A DNA stretch of 64,000 nt from Channa argus (lineage: Eukaryota): NCBI RefSeq assembly GCF_033026475.1, contig NC_090210.1, positions 20,383,376-20,447,375 of the forward strand, read 5' to 3'. The notes beneath the pieces are model-generated. The model was not told the DNA's origin. It searched no databases and saw nothing but the letters and a program-made list of their open reading frames with translations. Shown here one piece after another: positions 1-12,224 of this stretch (the stretch's first letter is position 1; the number at the start of each line of letters is the position of its first letter). A program made the position numbers and the translations under genes.

Positions 1-1904
1 CAAACAAATCTAGACAAGACTTCTCACCTTCCAGGGGATTTTCTTCTAGCCTTTTTTATAACACTGAATCATGGTGGATTGAATTTCTTTTTATGCTTAT
101 CAACAGCAAAACATTTTTTATATGCCATAATTTAAACAGACCTCTAAAAAGTAATCTGGATTCTTTAAAAGTATGAGCAAAAATAACTGATTGCAAGCAT
201 TAATGAGCCTTTAAAAAAAGATACCCAATCATCACGTTTAATAACACAAACATATATTGTATAACACAAACAATGACGATCTTATATTAAGTTGATCAGT
301 TAATAAATTAATTTAGATCACTTAAAATTCTTATTTCCTCCTTTTTGTAGTAAGGTTTAAAATTCTAATTCTCAGGTTTATTTTCATAACCCTAAACACC
401 AGAGAGGCAAACTTTGCCTATAACAGCTGCCAAAGGGCAAGTACACAGACAGACAACCATTCACACTCACATTCTGAACATGATTTTTTTTTTATTAATT
501 TCTAATAATCCTAATGTTTTTTTTATTTAGTTGATGATTATTTTGTTTTCTGTAAAAAGACATATGTTGGGGGTCCCATGGTATAACTTCCTGTGAAATT
601 CATCAAAAAACAAAAACCAATTAAAATCTTGGCTATACATATTGTACTTAAATAAGCTACTTGCTTTAAGCTACTTGGTTTCCATCTGCAGTCTGTGCTA
701 AGATAAAATAAATATTTCTTTATTATAACCTAGGTAACCTAGCTAAAACTAATACAATGTAATACAGCTGTCCTGCAATAAATCCACGAAGATTATAATG
801 CTAAAACTGTTTTAGAAGGATGTACCTGATGAATTGTACTTCAGAGGTTTATATTAATTTTTCCAACTGGCTTGTCAAAAACCGAATCTCTGTCTTGGTG
901 TTTTGCTCCACATGTGGAACAAAGAAGAATAAGAATAAAAACACTGTAGATGGAAAAAACCTCCAGGTCATCTAAAGAGTTTTTTCAGTTCAAATGATGT
1001 AATCTGGTTGGTCATATTACAGAGGTTATTATAGAAGCTGTGGTGTCGCTCAACATGCTCCTCCATAAATCCTCCAGAGTACAACCTTAGGTAGAATGTC
1101 CCAGGGAGAAGTAAATATATCGTATAGAGAGGCTGGCAACCTTTCCAAGGTGTAGAGAAAAGAGATAATTTATTAACATTCATACATGTTTTCCCCAGGT
1201 TGAACCATAAGTTAAAAACACGTGAAGTTGCAGTTTAACTTATACCTGGGAGAAAAACAGAAGTCTGATCCGCTGAAAATGTAGAATACATGAGTGTATA
1301 ACCTCCATAGCACCACTGTTCATTTTTTCACATCCATTCAGAAGCAGGATGTGTGGGAAATTAAATAAAAACTTGAGCTTTTGTTACACTGAAAAGCAGA
1401 TTTGTCTGTAGCCTGTGACTCAGCTGTCGGTTCAGACTCTGTGGGAGCTGCAGCTGTGAGACCTCCTGTTAATAAAAATGCATCACATCTGATCTCATTC
1501 AACACATGTCAAAATGGAGCGAAAGCCAGGGCGAAGCCTGAGTAACTGGGGACATTTTCTGACCACTCCCTAAAACAGTGAAGGATATCCTTTTTCATGT
1601 TAGAGTGCTTAGCTAATCCAAATACCAGTTCTGCTGCCCCACTTTTGTGTTTAAAAAAGGAGCAAAAAGGGTGTGGTGCTGTTGTGTGACCTAACAGGGA
1701 AGTCTAGCTGAGAGCAACAAGTGCATGAAGACCGTATTGTCTAGCGTTTATCATTGATAGATATCATTTACCTGCCACTTTGCTTTAGAAAAACAAAAAC
1801 AGCCCTAGGTGTTCATTTATGGTATTGATTCATATGGTTGAGACTATCCTAATAAAAGGTTCTAAGTCAGCTTATGAACTGGCCTTGCTGTTTAGTTATC
1901 ATTA

Positions 1905-2280
1905 CTTCAACTGCATATACACTATATTTCAAAAGTATTCGCTCACCCATCCAAATAAATGAATTCAGGTGCACAAAGACATGGATGAGTGAGTTTGGTG
2001 TGGAAGAACTTGACTGGCCTCCACAGAGTCCTGACCTCAACCCGACAAAACACCTTTGGGATGAATTAGAGCGAAGACTGCGAGCACTGTGTATTATGTA
2101 TTTCATAAACACACTCCTAAACCTTGTGGAAAGCCTTCCCAGAAGAGTTGAAGCTGTTATAGCTGCAGAGGGTGGGCCGACGTCATATTAAACCTTATGG
2201 ATTAAGAATGGGATGTCACTAAAGTTCATATGGGTCTAAAGGCAGGTGAGCGAATACTTTTGGCAATATAGTGTATGTAA
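1905..2280 (+). mobile_element. Internally deleted Tc1-like DNA transposon (MITE-like derivative) keeping both terminal inverted repeats and a transposase C-terminal fragment
   Basis: Near-perfect inverted repeats at 1917-1946 (tacactatatttcaaaagtattcgctcacc) and 2248-2278 (ggtgagcgaatacttttggcaatatagtgta). ORF 1874-2191 encodes WPPQSPDLNPTKHLWDELERRLRA, the conserved C-terminal block of Tc1 DD34E transposases. Confidence 0.7.
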
Positions 2281-2339
2281 CCATTATTTGTCTATGCATT
2301 ACTTCTCTATACTTTAGATCTTTGTTTATTGTATGTATT

Positions 2340-2530
2340 TTGAAAATATACATACAATGTTCCCTTTGTTCCCTTTCAGGGGTCCCTGTCCCTGTCCTCT
2401 GGATCCTCTTCTCTCACACCAACTAACTTCATGTCCTCTCTCACTACATCCATAAATCTCCTCTTTGATCTTCCTCTAGACCTCCTTCCTGGCAGCTCCA
2501 ACCTCAGCATCCATTTACCGATACAATCAC
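2340..2530. repeat. Interspersed repeat fragment of a type widespread in teleost genomes
   Basis: Sequence gtccctgtccctgtcctctggatcctcttctctcacaccaactaacttcatgtcctctctcactacatcc is recognisable as a common fish repeat. Family not resolved. Confidence 0.3.
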
Positions 2531-3329
2531 AAATACTCATTCTCATCATGAGTTATTGAAAAGTTAAGAACTTTGAAAATGTCTTATTGAAAATGAGTTT
2601 TGAATAAATATGTAATTTGTAATTTTCATGCATGCATGAATATATTGATGCATTGCCCAATTTTTGGATGAACAGAGATAAATCTGAAAAATATATACAT
2701 GTGTTGGCGACAGGGGGCAGTAAAGCCGAATACAGTATATTCCGGTTATTGCATGAAGTGCACATGTGTCTCAGTGTAACATATCATACAATTGGAGTAT
2801 AAGGGTACACAGGAAACATTTCTTGTTAGTTACTAGTTGTTTCAATTCTTCACACATTGTAGTATATATTTAATCCAATACAAAGGCCATGTTCATCACT
2901 GTAGATGAACCCAAAAAACAGGAACTCATAAAACACAAAAACACAATCATGCAGCAAGGTCAAGAGTGGTGGAAGTAACAAAATACCAATATGAAGAAGA
3001 AAACTAAATTATGAATAACAAGGATACGCAAGTCTGGGGATTTCATGATATTTACAGGTTGGAGAGTTATTCCTAACTTGGTGCTACTCACATGTAGCCA
3101 AAACCAAATGTTTATACCGTTACTGTGAGTTCATAGTGCAGTTCATGACCCTTGGTAGGCTGCTGTTGTTGCAGCCAGATATTCCTTATCTATGCAGCAA
3201 GGTTGCATGCAGGATATACCAAAGCCATTCAAGCCTACCTGAAAATCATGTCGTATCACCCATCTAATCCCAACATCTTGATGTTTTAGGAGGTTTAGTT
3301 TTACTTCCTTTTTGCCAGTTTTCTCTTCC

Positions 3330-3520
3330 ATGAGCGTTTACATATTGGAAAACTCTTCTGCAAGCCCTCACGGCAACATCCACTCGGTCAATATGAGTCA
3401 TGATCTAAACATCATAAAGTCAGTCTGGGGTTACATGTGGGAAACTGAATAAATACACCGATAACTGTGGCAAGCTGTCTCACACACTTGGAACAACCAA
3501 CACTACTCACAAAAAGATAC
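3330..3520 (+). mobile_element. Tc1/mariner transposase C-terminal fragment
   Basis: Translation contains SHDLNIIKSVWGYMWE, resembling the SPDLNPIENxW block of Tc1/mariner transposases. No intact ORF. Confidence 0.35.
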
Positions 3521-3899
3521 ATATTTGACTTTTCAGAATGCACGTAAAATGCACTATAACTTAATTTGTCCTTTTGAAGGAACGCGTCCAACTGTTCAAT
3601 GTTTCAGTACTTATTGCACGACACACTTTTCTCTAACGCGATTAACCACAAAAGCCACAAGTCTGCTCCATGAATCGACCACCAAATGTCCTGGTTCAAT
3701 GACCATTTGTATTTAAACAGTCCTCTTCATCATGCTGTTCACATTTTGACATCATGAGACCAAGGCAACAACTACCAATTGTTTAGCAGTACCTGGCCAT
3801 TGCGAACAGGATGTTTTCAGAGGGAAGGTACCACTGAGCTTAGCGTGTCAACAGAGTATTATCAGCCGGTTAAAATAGCTACACGAAGGGAATAGAAGT

Positions 3900-5460
3900 G
3901 GATCTCCTTTGGCCACATCCCATGCTGAGGACCACTCCATTGAGAACAGTGCCCTGTGGAACCGAATAACGAATGCCACTCAGCTCCAGGCCCGTTTAAA
4001 GGAGGTAGGAGGCACCCAAGTTTCACGTCAGACCATTCGAAACCACGAGTAGAAATGATGGCCGCCAAGCCAAAGCTCTTCAGAGACATCAAGGACAAAA
4101 CTATGCACAGCCACTGTGGAGGTGGTGGTGTTACACACTGGGCAGGTGTGTCTAGTCAATACAGAACTGCTCTACATCTTGTGAATGGTACTCAGGGTTC
4201 ATACATCCATTAAAAGGTCAAATTCAAGCACTTGCTTTTCAAGCACTTTCAAAGCTAATTTTCAAGCTTTTCCAGCAATATGCAGCTATAGTAAATTAAA
4301 TATTTGCACAAATAGATAAATATGAAATGATATGAATTGATGAAAATGATCATCAATTTTTAAAATAATTCAAATAATATTTAATACATTTGTTACCAAA
4401 AAATGTAAAAAGTAACATTATTCTTTGTATTTTGTATTCTTCAAATTAAAGCACAACTTGATTTGACAAACAAAACAGCATTAACAACACAAACTAGTGG
4501 CACATAAAGAAAAAAGGTGCACTATACGACCGCTTCAACAAGAAATATAACATCTCATTTCTTATTTTTCATGTTGAAAGTGTCAGAAAGTTGATAATTC
4601 TACTATGTGTTTATTATTGAGATCCTAGCTGCTGGTGGAGTTATAATGGAGTGAATTACGACCTGGTTCTAATGTTTTGGCCATGCTATTTAGAATGAAA
4701 GAGAAACCAACTTAAGGCTTGAGAAAGTCTGCTGATTGAAAACCATGTGAAAAGGCTTTTTTTCCCGCATACTCATGTAGCCATAAGTTGGCTGGTTATG
4801 CAGTGGGATAACATTTGCGTAACTTTACCGTTTGGAAGTTACTAACGTTACTGTAACTGGGTACGTTCCCTGCATATTTCATTTTCAAGCATTTTATCTG
4901 AAATTCAAGCACATTTCAGACTTTGAAAACACAAAATTAAAATTCAAGCATTTTCAAGGATTTCAAGCACCCATACGAACCCTGGGTACTGTGACAAGCC
5001 GACACTACCTGAATTACATCAATAATGCAGTTATTGTGCCCCTGCACGAGCTACACAGGCCTAGCTTCACCTTAATGGGTGACAATGCCTCAGCTCATCA
5101 GGGTCACATCATCAGGGAATGGCTGCTGGAGGATGGGATACCTCAAATGGAGTGGCATGCACTTTCTCCTGACCTGAATCCCCTAAAAAAAACCTATGGG
5201 ATCAGCTGAGTCATAACCCTGCACTCTGGAACCTCAATGACCTGAGGGCAGCCCTTAAAGAAGAGTGGAATGCCATGTCTCAACAGACAATAAGTTGACT
5301 TGGGAACCGCATGAGACAGCATGTTGTAAAGCTGTAATTGATGCTCAAGGACACATGACAAGTTATTGAGACATTGACATTTTTTTGTTGTGGTTTGCCC
5401 CAAATTAGAATTCATAGCAGAGCTGTGGTATTGGATGGCATTAGATTGTACAGGTGTACC
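3900..5460 (+). mobile_element. Tc1-like transposon remnant; the transposase ORF is interrupted by a roughly 0.8 kb insertion (4214-4990)
   Basis: 3956-4213 encodes ...DKTMHSHCGGGGVTHWAGVSSQYRTALHLVNG, similar to the Tc1 TVKHGGGSIMLWGCF...LHKVNG block. 4990-5400 encodes ...LMGDNASAHQGHIIREWLLEDGIPQMEWHALSPDLNPLK...NLNDLRAALKEEWNAMSQQT, the Tc1 C-terminus. The intervening segment carries direct attcaagca repeats and 22-bp imperfectly inverted ends at 4187-4208 and 4968-4993. Confidence 0.6.
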
Positions 5461-5699
5461 TGCTGTTGTGGCTGGTGTAAACAGTGTTAGGTAGCAAAGG
5501 CAAACATGCCAAACTTCCCATTGACTTCCCTATATTGAAATATCACTCTACTGTTAGCTGAAAAATGCCTCCAGATGATGTCATCTTTACTTATCGCTCA
5601 CACTATGGAGTTGGTAATCATGGTCAACATGCTTTTCCAGAGCTCCCCCAGATTACATCATCTGACCACCCAATGATGAATAACTGATGTTCTTGGAGG

Positions 5700-5995
5700 C
5701 GCTTTAAACCCTGCTTAGGACTGCAGTTACCGCTTAGCGGTCTCTTTGACGGTGGAGTTTGCATGTTCTCCCGTTTGTGCAGGTTTCCACCGGGTACTCT
5801 GGTTTCCTCCCACAATCCTAAGACGTGCATGTTAGGTTCATCGGCGCGTATAAATGTGAATGTTTGTCTTTCTGTGTTGGCCCCTGAGATTGACTGGAGA
5901 CCAGTCCAGGGTGGACCCCACCTCTCTTCGTAACATCAGCCGGGTAGGCTCCAGGCCCCCGTGACTTCGAAGAGGATAAGCGGTGGATAGATGGT
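5700..5995 (+). repeat. Teleost SINE/LINE-tail family repeat
   Basis: Contains the conserved block ggagtttgcatgttctcccgtttgtgcaggtttccaccgggtactctggtttcctcccacaatcctaagacgtgcatgttaggttcatcggcg...gactggagaccagtccagggtggacc...ggctccaggcccccgtgac. Related copies at 36200-36420 and 58330-58560. Confidence 0.7.
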
Positions 5996-6034
5996 CACTC
6001 GTTTCAATAAAGACGTTGGATCTTTCTACTGACC

Positions 6035-6060
6035 CCCCCCCCCCCCCCCCCCCCCCCGCA
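6035..6060. repeat. poly(C) homopolymer of about 25 nt
   Basis: Direct reading of the sequence. Confidence 0.95.
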
Positions 6061-7164
6061 CTAAAGACATGAACCTTTGGTAAACGTTTCCCATATAATT
6101 TAGCTAAAAGAAACGACTATAAAAAATGACCAGGAATATTGTCGACATCAAGGGAATGAAACTTATCAAAAGATAATTGTTAAAAAGACTTTATGTTTAA
6201 GTTAGCGCAGCTACAAGTGCGAGTATCCCGCGGCGCATTACCGGGGCTCACTGTATCCTTTCCCCAAAAAAACAACTATTATACACATTAGCTCCTTGTT
6301 GTGCATAAAAGCAACATAACATAGTATAAATGGATACCAAAGTAATTTGTGCTTTGTACTGTTATTGGTACTAGGTTTTCTTTTAACGTTTCAGTGAATG
6401 AGATCCAACCGCTACAAAAAACTTCCAGAAGCTACAAAAAAAAAGAAAAAACACAGTTACCGTAAAATCGGTATTTTGTCATCATTAGATGGTTTGTAAG
6501 CAAGTTGAAGCATGACCATACATACTAAATATGTAAAATAAATATGAATTAAATGTGGACCAAAACGGACATCCACCTTAGCCCTAATTTGGACCAAATC
6601 TGTCGGACTATACATAGCCCGGTTTTTAACGTCTATTTTTGATCTAAAACGCGGCCACAACGGGAAAATCCGATTCAGCCAAAAACATGCTGGGAACGAC
6701 TTACCGTCTCATCCTTCGTTTGAAAGACATTACTCGACGCAATTTTCGATTAATCTGTCCTTTATTTCCAGTTGTCCCTGCCGTGTTTACAGCCCGTGAC
6801 CTTTTAACCATGAAGGGTACGTTTGTTTTAAATATAGCGTCGCACTAGTGGGTGTTGAATTGATGGTCATGTTAGCAGAACATGTGCCCTTGAAGCGGGG
6901 ATAAAATGTTCAAAAACCCACCCCTCCTCCCCCCAACGTGCTGGTGGTCTCAGGTCTCATGTTTGTGCTTCCTGCGCTGCATTTGCGAGCTGCAGCTACC
7001 GCAGTGACCTAACTAAAAACTAAAAGACTTCTCCAATCTGACTTTACATTTTAAACCCTTTAAAGGCTCTAATCAAAAAACATTGAATTTAATAGTTTTA
7101 AAGACTTTTTAAGGACTCGGACCAGACTGATTACAATATTTGATTTACAATATTTGATCCCAGG

Positions 7165-7321
7165 ATGAACAGAGAATTAAGAAAAGCAGAAAATCTGAGA
7201 AGACATGGAGACAGAGGACAGTGGGCCAGTAAAACTGAATATATTCTGGTGGTTGCAGGAAACGTGGTCGGCCTGGGCAATGTGTGGAGATTTCCTTACC
7301 TCTGCTACAAGAATGGAGGAG
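7165..7321 (+). CDS. SLC6-A exon 1 ([23 protein letters not shown]...YKNGGG)
   Basis: ATG at 7165 preceded by cccag. Donor gtgaat at 7322. Confidence 0.8.
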
Positions 7322-10300
7322 GTGAATATTACAAAGATCAGCTGCACTTTTTTTGATGACAGATAAGTGAAAGTCATTTCCATCTGAATACATGTCTCTG
7401 TCTTCACTGTAGGTGCATTTCTGGTGCCATATGGTCTGTTGGCCCTGGTGTGTGGGATACCTCTGTTCCTAATGGAGACTTCCAGTGGTCAGTACACCCA
7501 GGAAGGATTCATCACCTGCTGGAGGAAATTGTGCCCACTGGCAGAAGGTGAGTTCGACTAAAATGTAAAACCAACAAATGAAAAGGCCTAAATTACACTG
7601 TGTATATTTACCAACCTTAAAACATAACTGACTTTCTGTTTGAACATTTTTAAAGATGAACATTTGAACATGAACATTTTTTTGAAGATTTTTAATAAAA
7701 ATGTTGTTCCAGGAATTGGGTATGGATTTTTCATGATGAAACTTTATGACTTCAGCTACATTTTAATTCAAGTCTGGGCTCTGTTCTACCTGGTGTTCTC
7801 CTTCAAAGCCCAGCTCCCCTGGGCCAGCTGTGACAACACCTGGAATACAGGTAAATTTAGACTCTAGAAATAATTTTAAATTAAAGTACTTTTAAGTAAA
7901 AGTAGTTAGAATATATAGATTTTTGTTGATGCATGTAAATACAGCATATGAGTAATAAAAGGCTAGTTATAATATGCGTGTGTACATTGTACGAATGACA
8001 GTAGTTCCACAGTAACTATTACACAATCATTCTGATTTTTTCCCAAACCCAGCTTCTTGTCTTGATCTCCAGATCCTAAATTCAACAAATGTGACAGCAA
8101 CTGCGATCAACACCACCTCTGCTGCAACTGAATTCTGGGAGTGAGTCTCATTGTGAAAATAACGTTATTTACTGTTTGTTCTACATCACTGAAGATTACT
8201 CACATTTTTGTAATATGTTATGCTGGAAATAAACTTGGAAAGAGCAATGGTTTTTTTAAATAATAATAAAAACATTTAAGTTCCATAGTTACTGAGCATG
8301 TCACATTTAGTGGATTTTTGAGGCTTTTTAAAATGTACATATTAAATATCTCCTCACCTCAGGCGACGAATGTTAGGCATGTCTGGAGGTATTGAGGAGC
8401 TGGGCAGTGTCAGATGGGAGCTGGCTTTGTGTCTTCTGGTCAGCTGGGTGTTCTGCTACTTCAGTATTTGGAAAGGTGTCAGGTCTTCTGGAAAGGTCAG
8501 TGGAAATGTTTTATGAGTTTAAAAATGCATCGCCCACTGTAAAGATTAATTAAAGTTACATATGCAGGTAAAAATGTCTACTTCTATCTAGGTAGCATAT
8601 TTCACAGCCACGTTCCCTTATGTGATGCTCCTGATACTGCTCATCAGGGGCTTGACTCTACCTGGAGCTTGGGAAGGAATCTACTTTTATCTGTATCCAG
8701 ACATAAACCACCTGGCTAACCTGGAGGTAACAAGTTTTATAGTAATATCCTAGAATTTAATGGATATGGATCAAACAAAAGTCAATTTAAAACAAACTGC
8801 TTCCATAGAAGACGATAAAAGAAGACGTTTTGGCAATTTGTGTGTCAACGAAAAGGCAGGAGGGAAAGACAAAAACCAATAATCTTAGAGATGCAACAAT
8901 CAACGATCAGATGATTCTTTTTGTTATTACAGAGAAAAAAAACATCCAACTAAATCAGGAAAACTGCCATCCACAGAGCCACACAGCTACAAAATTGAGA
9001 GCTTCTGTGTTTCTTACATTACAGGTCTGGATTGAGGCTGGATCTCAGATATTCTTCTCCTACAGTCTCACTATAGGCACCCTGAATGTTCTGGGGAGCT
9101 ACAATGACTACAACAACAACTGTTACAGGTACGTTCAGATTGCTCCAGTTTATATCACATGAACATTGGTTGTACTCTTATGTCCCTTTTCTATCTGGTC
9201 TGTCCTACCTTGACCTCTAGAGACTGCTTTTGGCTCTGTCTGCTGAACAGTGGGACCAGTTTTGTTGCTGGATTTGTAGTTTTCTCTGTACTTGGATTCA
9301 TGGCTCAGAAACAAGGTGTTAGTGTTGACAATGTGGCTGAATCAGGTATAAGTCTTCTGACATTGTGAACATTCAAACCCAAACATATATATCTACTACA
9401 TGTACATATATAGTAAATATACTATATATATACTGTATAGCATGTCACTACCAATTCTGGTGTGTAATTCTAATACACAGGTCCAGGTCTGGCCTTCATT
9501 GCTTACCCTCAGGCAACAGCTATGATGCCTTTGCCCCAGTTCTGGTCTGTCTGCTTCTTCCTGATGCTCATTCTGTTGAGTGTTGACACACATGTAAGAT
9601 TATTGGACTAATAACTGATCCATCGTACCTGAACATAGACACAGAAATCACACTAGTTGCTCGTTTCGTTCTTTCTCCAGTTTGTGACAGTAGAGAGTGT
9701 TATCACGTCTGTGAGTGACTTGTTTCCAAAGATGTTTCGTGCCCCAGTGAAGCATGAAATCTTTGTCCTCGTCATATGTTCATCTTTCTTCCTCATACAT
9801 CTCATTCTGGTAACAGAGGTAAAGAAAAGTTTGAATGAAAAATATTTCTTTTACAGTTAAAACCAAAGAAATGTTAAACTCTTTACTTTTCAAGTGCTGG
9901 CTAATATTCAGTTGTCTCTGTCCACTCTAGGGGGGAATTTATGTATTCCAACTTATAGACTATTATGGTTGCACCAGAGCCTGCCAGGACTTCATGACGG
10001 TGTGTCAATGTCTGGCTATAGGCTGGATTTTTGGTGGGTAAAATTTATTTAACAATAAACTAAATGATGCTTTTTTGGTGATGTCGTTTGACTATTCATA
10101 TATATATATAATATATATAATATGTATGTACGTACTTATATAATTTATATATAATTTACTGTTTTACTCTGCTTAACTGATCACTGCCTGTTCCTGTTAG
10201 ATTTACATTTGAATTCAATTTTCATAATAGGTAAATTAACTACGTAAACAATCTGATATTTTATCAGGTGCTGACCGGTTTTCTACCATCATTGAGGACA

Positions 10301-11264
10301 TGACAAGTCAGAAACCATCCATTTTCTTCAAACTGTGCTGGAAATACGTCATTCCTCTTCTGACCTCGGTGAGACAAAATTGAACGTCTCTTTCTTTGAA
10401 CTTTGGCATTTTATTCTGGAGTGAACTCAGGTTAGTTGTCCTTTGCTAATGCAGTGGAACTGAATTTGGTGGATTTGCATGTATCTTTCAGTTTTAGTTG
10501 GAAAAATGTCAGTAATTTCCAATAGAATTTCAAACAAATTTCATGCTCTGTAGTTATGCAATGAATTTCATTTAATAATTTACAGTTTCAGAATATAACT
10601 ATGACAGTTGAATTGTTTAAACAGATGACAGCAGATGATTTATGTACAGTGAACTTTGCTTTGTCGTTTTTACAGATTTCCTTTATCTTATACCTGGTTG
10701 ACTACCAGCATCTTAAGATCAACAACTGGTACATTTACCCTGACTGGGCGTACGCATTAGGATGGACAATGACACTTTCCTCTGTTCTCATGGTGCCACT
10801 GTGGGCAGTTGGACAGATGTGTTTGACACCAGGAACTTTCAAACAGGTCAGTGTTTAAGTAGATATTTTCCACAAAGACATAAATCACTGGAAAGCTCTG
10901 CTGGGCTTTGAGGGTTCATTTGAGAAAGGCTACACATTGATCAGACTGTAGTGGACAAAAATCCCATGAAAGCTGCTCCATAACAAAAATAGAAAAATGT
11001 GCATAGGACTACGGTGTTTCCTTATTACTTTGATTTTATGTTTACTGAACTAGAACATCCTGCAATTTCAGCAGTGGCTGAACAACATGACCTCTGTGAG
11101 AGTCACAGTTTACACATGTATTGTGGGAATTTACTCACCTTCTTCTTTTCCAGCGTTTGACAATCCTTTGTCGTCCGGTTGACAATCCAGCCTGTGAGAC
11201 GGAGAATTCAAAACAGCGAGAGGAGGGGACCACGTTGGAACTGGGGACATGCACAGAGTCCTAA
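7165..11264 (+). CDS. SLC6 family Na+/Cl- dependent transporter (GABA/taurine/creatine/betaine subfamily), copy A. Intact 14-exon gene of 583 codons
   Basis: Exon 1 has [36 protein letters not shown] (TM1 signature). EL2 has CDNTWNTASC (compare the GAT1 disulfide pair CDNPWNTDRC). Every exon aligns to TauT/GAT1/CT1 in order, for example [45 protein letters not shown] and [13 protein letters not shown]. All boundaries are GT-AG, the exon lengths sum to 1752 nt in frame, and the stop TAA is at 11262-11264. Confidence 0.85.
7413..7547 (+). CDS. SLC6-A exon 2 ([44 protein letters not shown])
   Basis: Acceptor cactgtag, donor gtgagt. Phase consistent with exon 1. Confidence 0.8.
7713..7850 (+). 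CDS. SLC6-A exon 3 ([45 protein letters not shown])
   Basis: Acceptor ttccag, donor gtaaat. Confidence 0.8.
8053..8140 (+). CDS. SLC6-A exon 4 ([32 protein letters not shown]2 with three N-glycosylation sequons)
   Basis: Acceptor aacccag at 8051-8052. The downstream acceptor at 8072 gives an in-frame stop, so the upstream AG is used. Donor gtgagt at 8141. Confidence 0.7.
8363..8495 (+). CDS. SLC6-A exon 5 ([44 protein letters not shown])
   Basis: Acceptor cacctcag, donor gtcagt. Matches TauT [44 protein letters not shown]. Confidence 0.8.
8592..8726 (+). CDS. SLC6-A exon 6 ([45 protein letters not shown])
   Basis: Acceptor tatctag, donor gtaaca. Confidence 0.8.
9025..9128 (+). CDS. SLC6-A exon 7 ([34 protein letters not shown])
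   Basis: Acceptor cattacag, donor gtacgt. Confidence 0.8.
9221..9345 (+). CDS. SLC6-A exon 8 ([42 protein letters not shown])
   Basis: Acceptor cctctag, donor gtataa. Confidence 0.8.
9481..9593 (+). CDS. SLC6-A exon 9 ([38 protein letters not shown])
   Basis: Acceptor tacacag, donor gtaaga. Confidence 0.8.
9681..9818 (+). CDS. SLC6-A exon 10 ([46 protein letters not shown])
   Basis: Acceptor ttctccag, donor gtaaag. Confidence 0.8.
9931..10033 (+). CDS. SLC6-A exon 11 ([34 protein letters not shown])
   Basis: Acceptor cactctag, donor gtgggt. The alternative donor is out of frame. Confidence 0.7.
10268..10368 (+). CDS. SLC6-A exon 12 ([34 protein letters not shown])
   Basis: Acceptor ttatcag, donor gtgaga. 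Confidence 0.75.
10676..10846 (+). CDS. SLC6-A exon 13 ([57 protein letters not shown])
   Basis: Acceptor ttttacag, donor gtcagt. Coordinates consistent with ORF track 10601-10858. Confidence 0.8.
11154..11264 (+). CDS. SLC6-A exon 14 ([36 protein letters not shown] plus stop)
   Basis: Acceptor cttttccag, TAA at 11262-11264. Confidence 0.75.
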   Translation, partial: RLTILCRPVDNPACETENSKQREEGTTLELGTCTES

Positions 11265-11579
11265 TAGTTGGACATTTCAGTTGATACATAAACTTTTGCT
11301 AATTAATAGAAGTATAAGCAGAAATACAAACTTAACTTAAAAACACTTCTATGATAAAACACCTATGATTTTTTTCAAATAAATCAAACTTTCAGTTGAT
11401 TATTTTAAGCTGTTACATTTTGAAAATGTAGTAAGGACACCCTCCTATTCAGATTTGACTTTTACATTTTGCAGGTTGGTTTGAGCCCAATTATTTATAA
11501 CGTTTCAGATGGGATACACTGGCATTTACACACTTGAAGCGCTCAGTTCTCAGGTTTTCATGTGACTTTTCTTCTCATC

Positions 11580-11760
11580 TTCTTTGCTACCTGCTGATAG
11601 TTTTAATGCGTCAGGATACTTTGGAGCATGTTTGGTGGCTTGAACATCATCTTTTCAGGTTCAGAATACGTCTCACTCTCACAGCCTCTCTCTGGCACTG
11701 TGGAAAAAAGATAATCCAGAGTCATTACATAATGCTAAATAACTAAACTAGAAATCATGC
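11580..11760 (-). pseudogene. Relic of the pold3 last coding exon (decayed duplicate)
   Basis: About 80% nucleotide identity to 36880-37010, the true pold3 last exon. Further relics at 12225-12305 (penultimate exon, resembling 37400-37470) and 12370-12485 (resembling 37540-37660). Same relative order and spacing as the real gene. Confidence 0.7.
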
Positions 11761-12224
11761 TGCAGGTTATTGAGATTTATATTATTGCGATATTTTGCTG
11801 TTTCTACAGGCATTTTTAGCATTTCCTGGTTCTTAGGGTGTATCCGGTGAAACAAACCTGTTATTTTGGACTTGACCAGAACAAATATGGCCATAGATTT
11901 GTAATGTAATAAGGTGCATCAAAAGCTCTTTAGAGAATTTTCCCTCATATACAAGTGGAAACAAAATTAGAAGCAAAAACTAAACAAATAATCATAATCA
12001 TATTCGACAGACTAATCAATATTTTTGTTATCAGTGTCATATGAAATTGTACAGTATAAATGAAAAACTAAGTATTTGCAGTGTGTTGGGGTTTTCATGA
12101 ATAAATTATATGAATATATTCATGAATAAATTATATGAACTATAAATATAACAAATGTGATTCAGTGTTAAGATGAGTTTTCAGTTAATTTTTTTCTTGC
12201 CTCGTTGTCTATAAAGGTACGTGA

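Noticed and set aside
7145-7407. Minus-strand ORFs overlapping SLC6 exon 1 (also at 26332-26600 and 13164-13361)
   Set aside because: Antisense to the conserved SLC6 first exon. They are repeated simply because the exon is repeated.
8060-8145. Alternative acceptor at 8072 for SLC6 exon 4
   Set aside because: Using it, the frame reads [19 protein letters not shown] and then a stop. The upstream AG at 8051-8052 gives [15 protein letters not shown]...EFWE with the conserved second EL2 cysteine, so it is the correct one.
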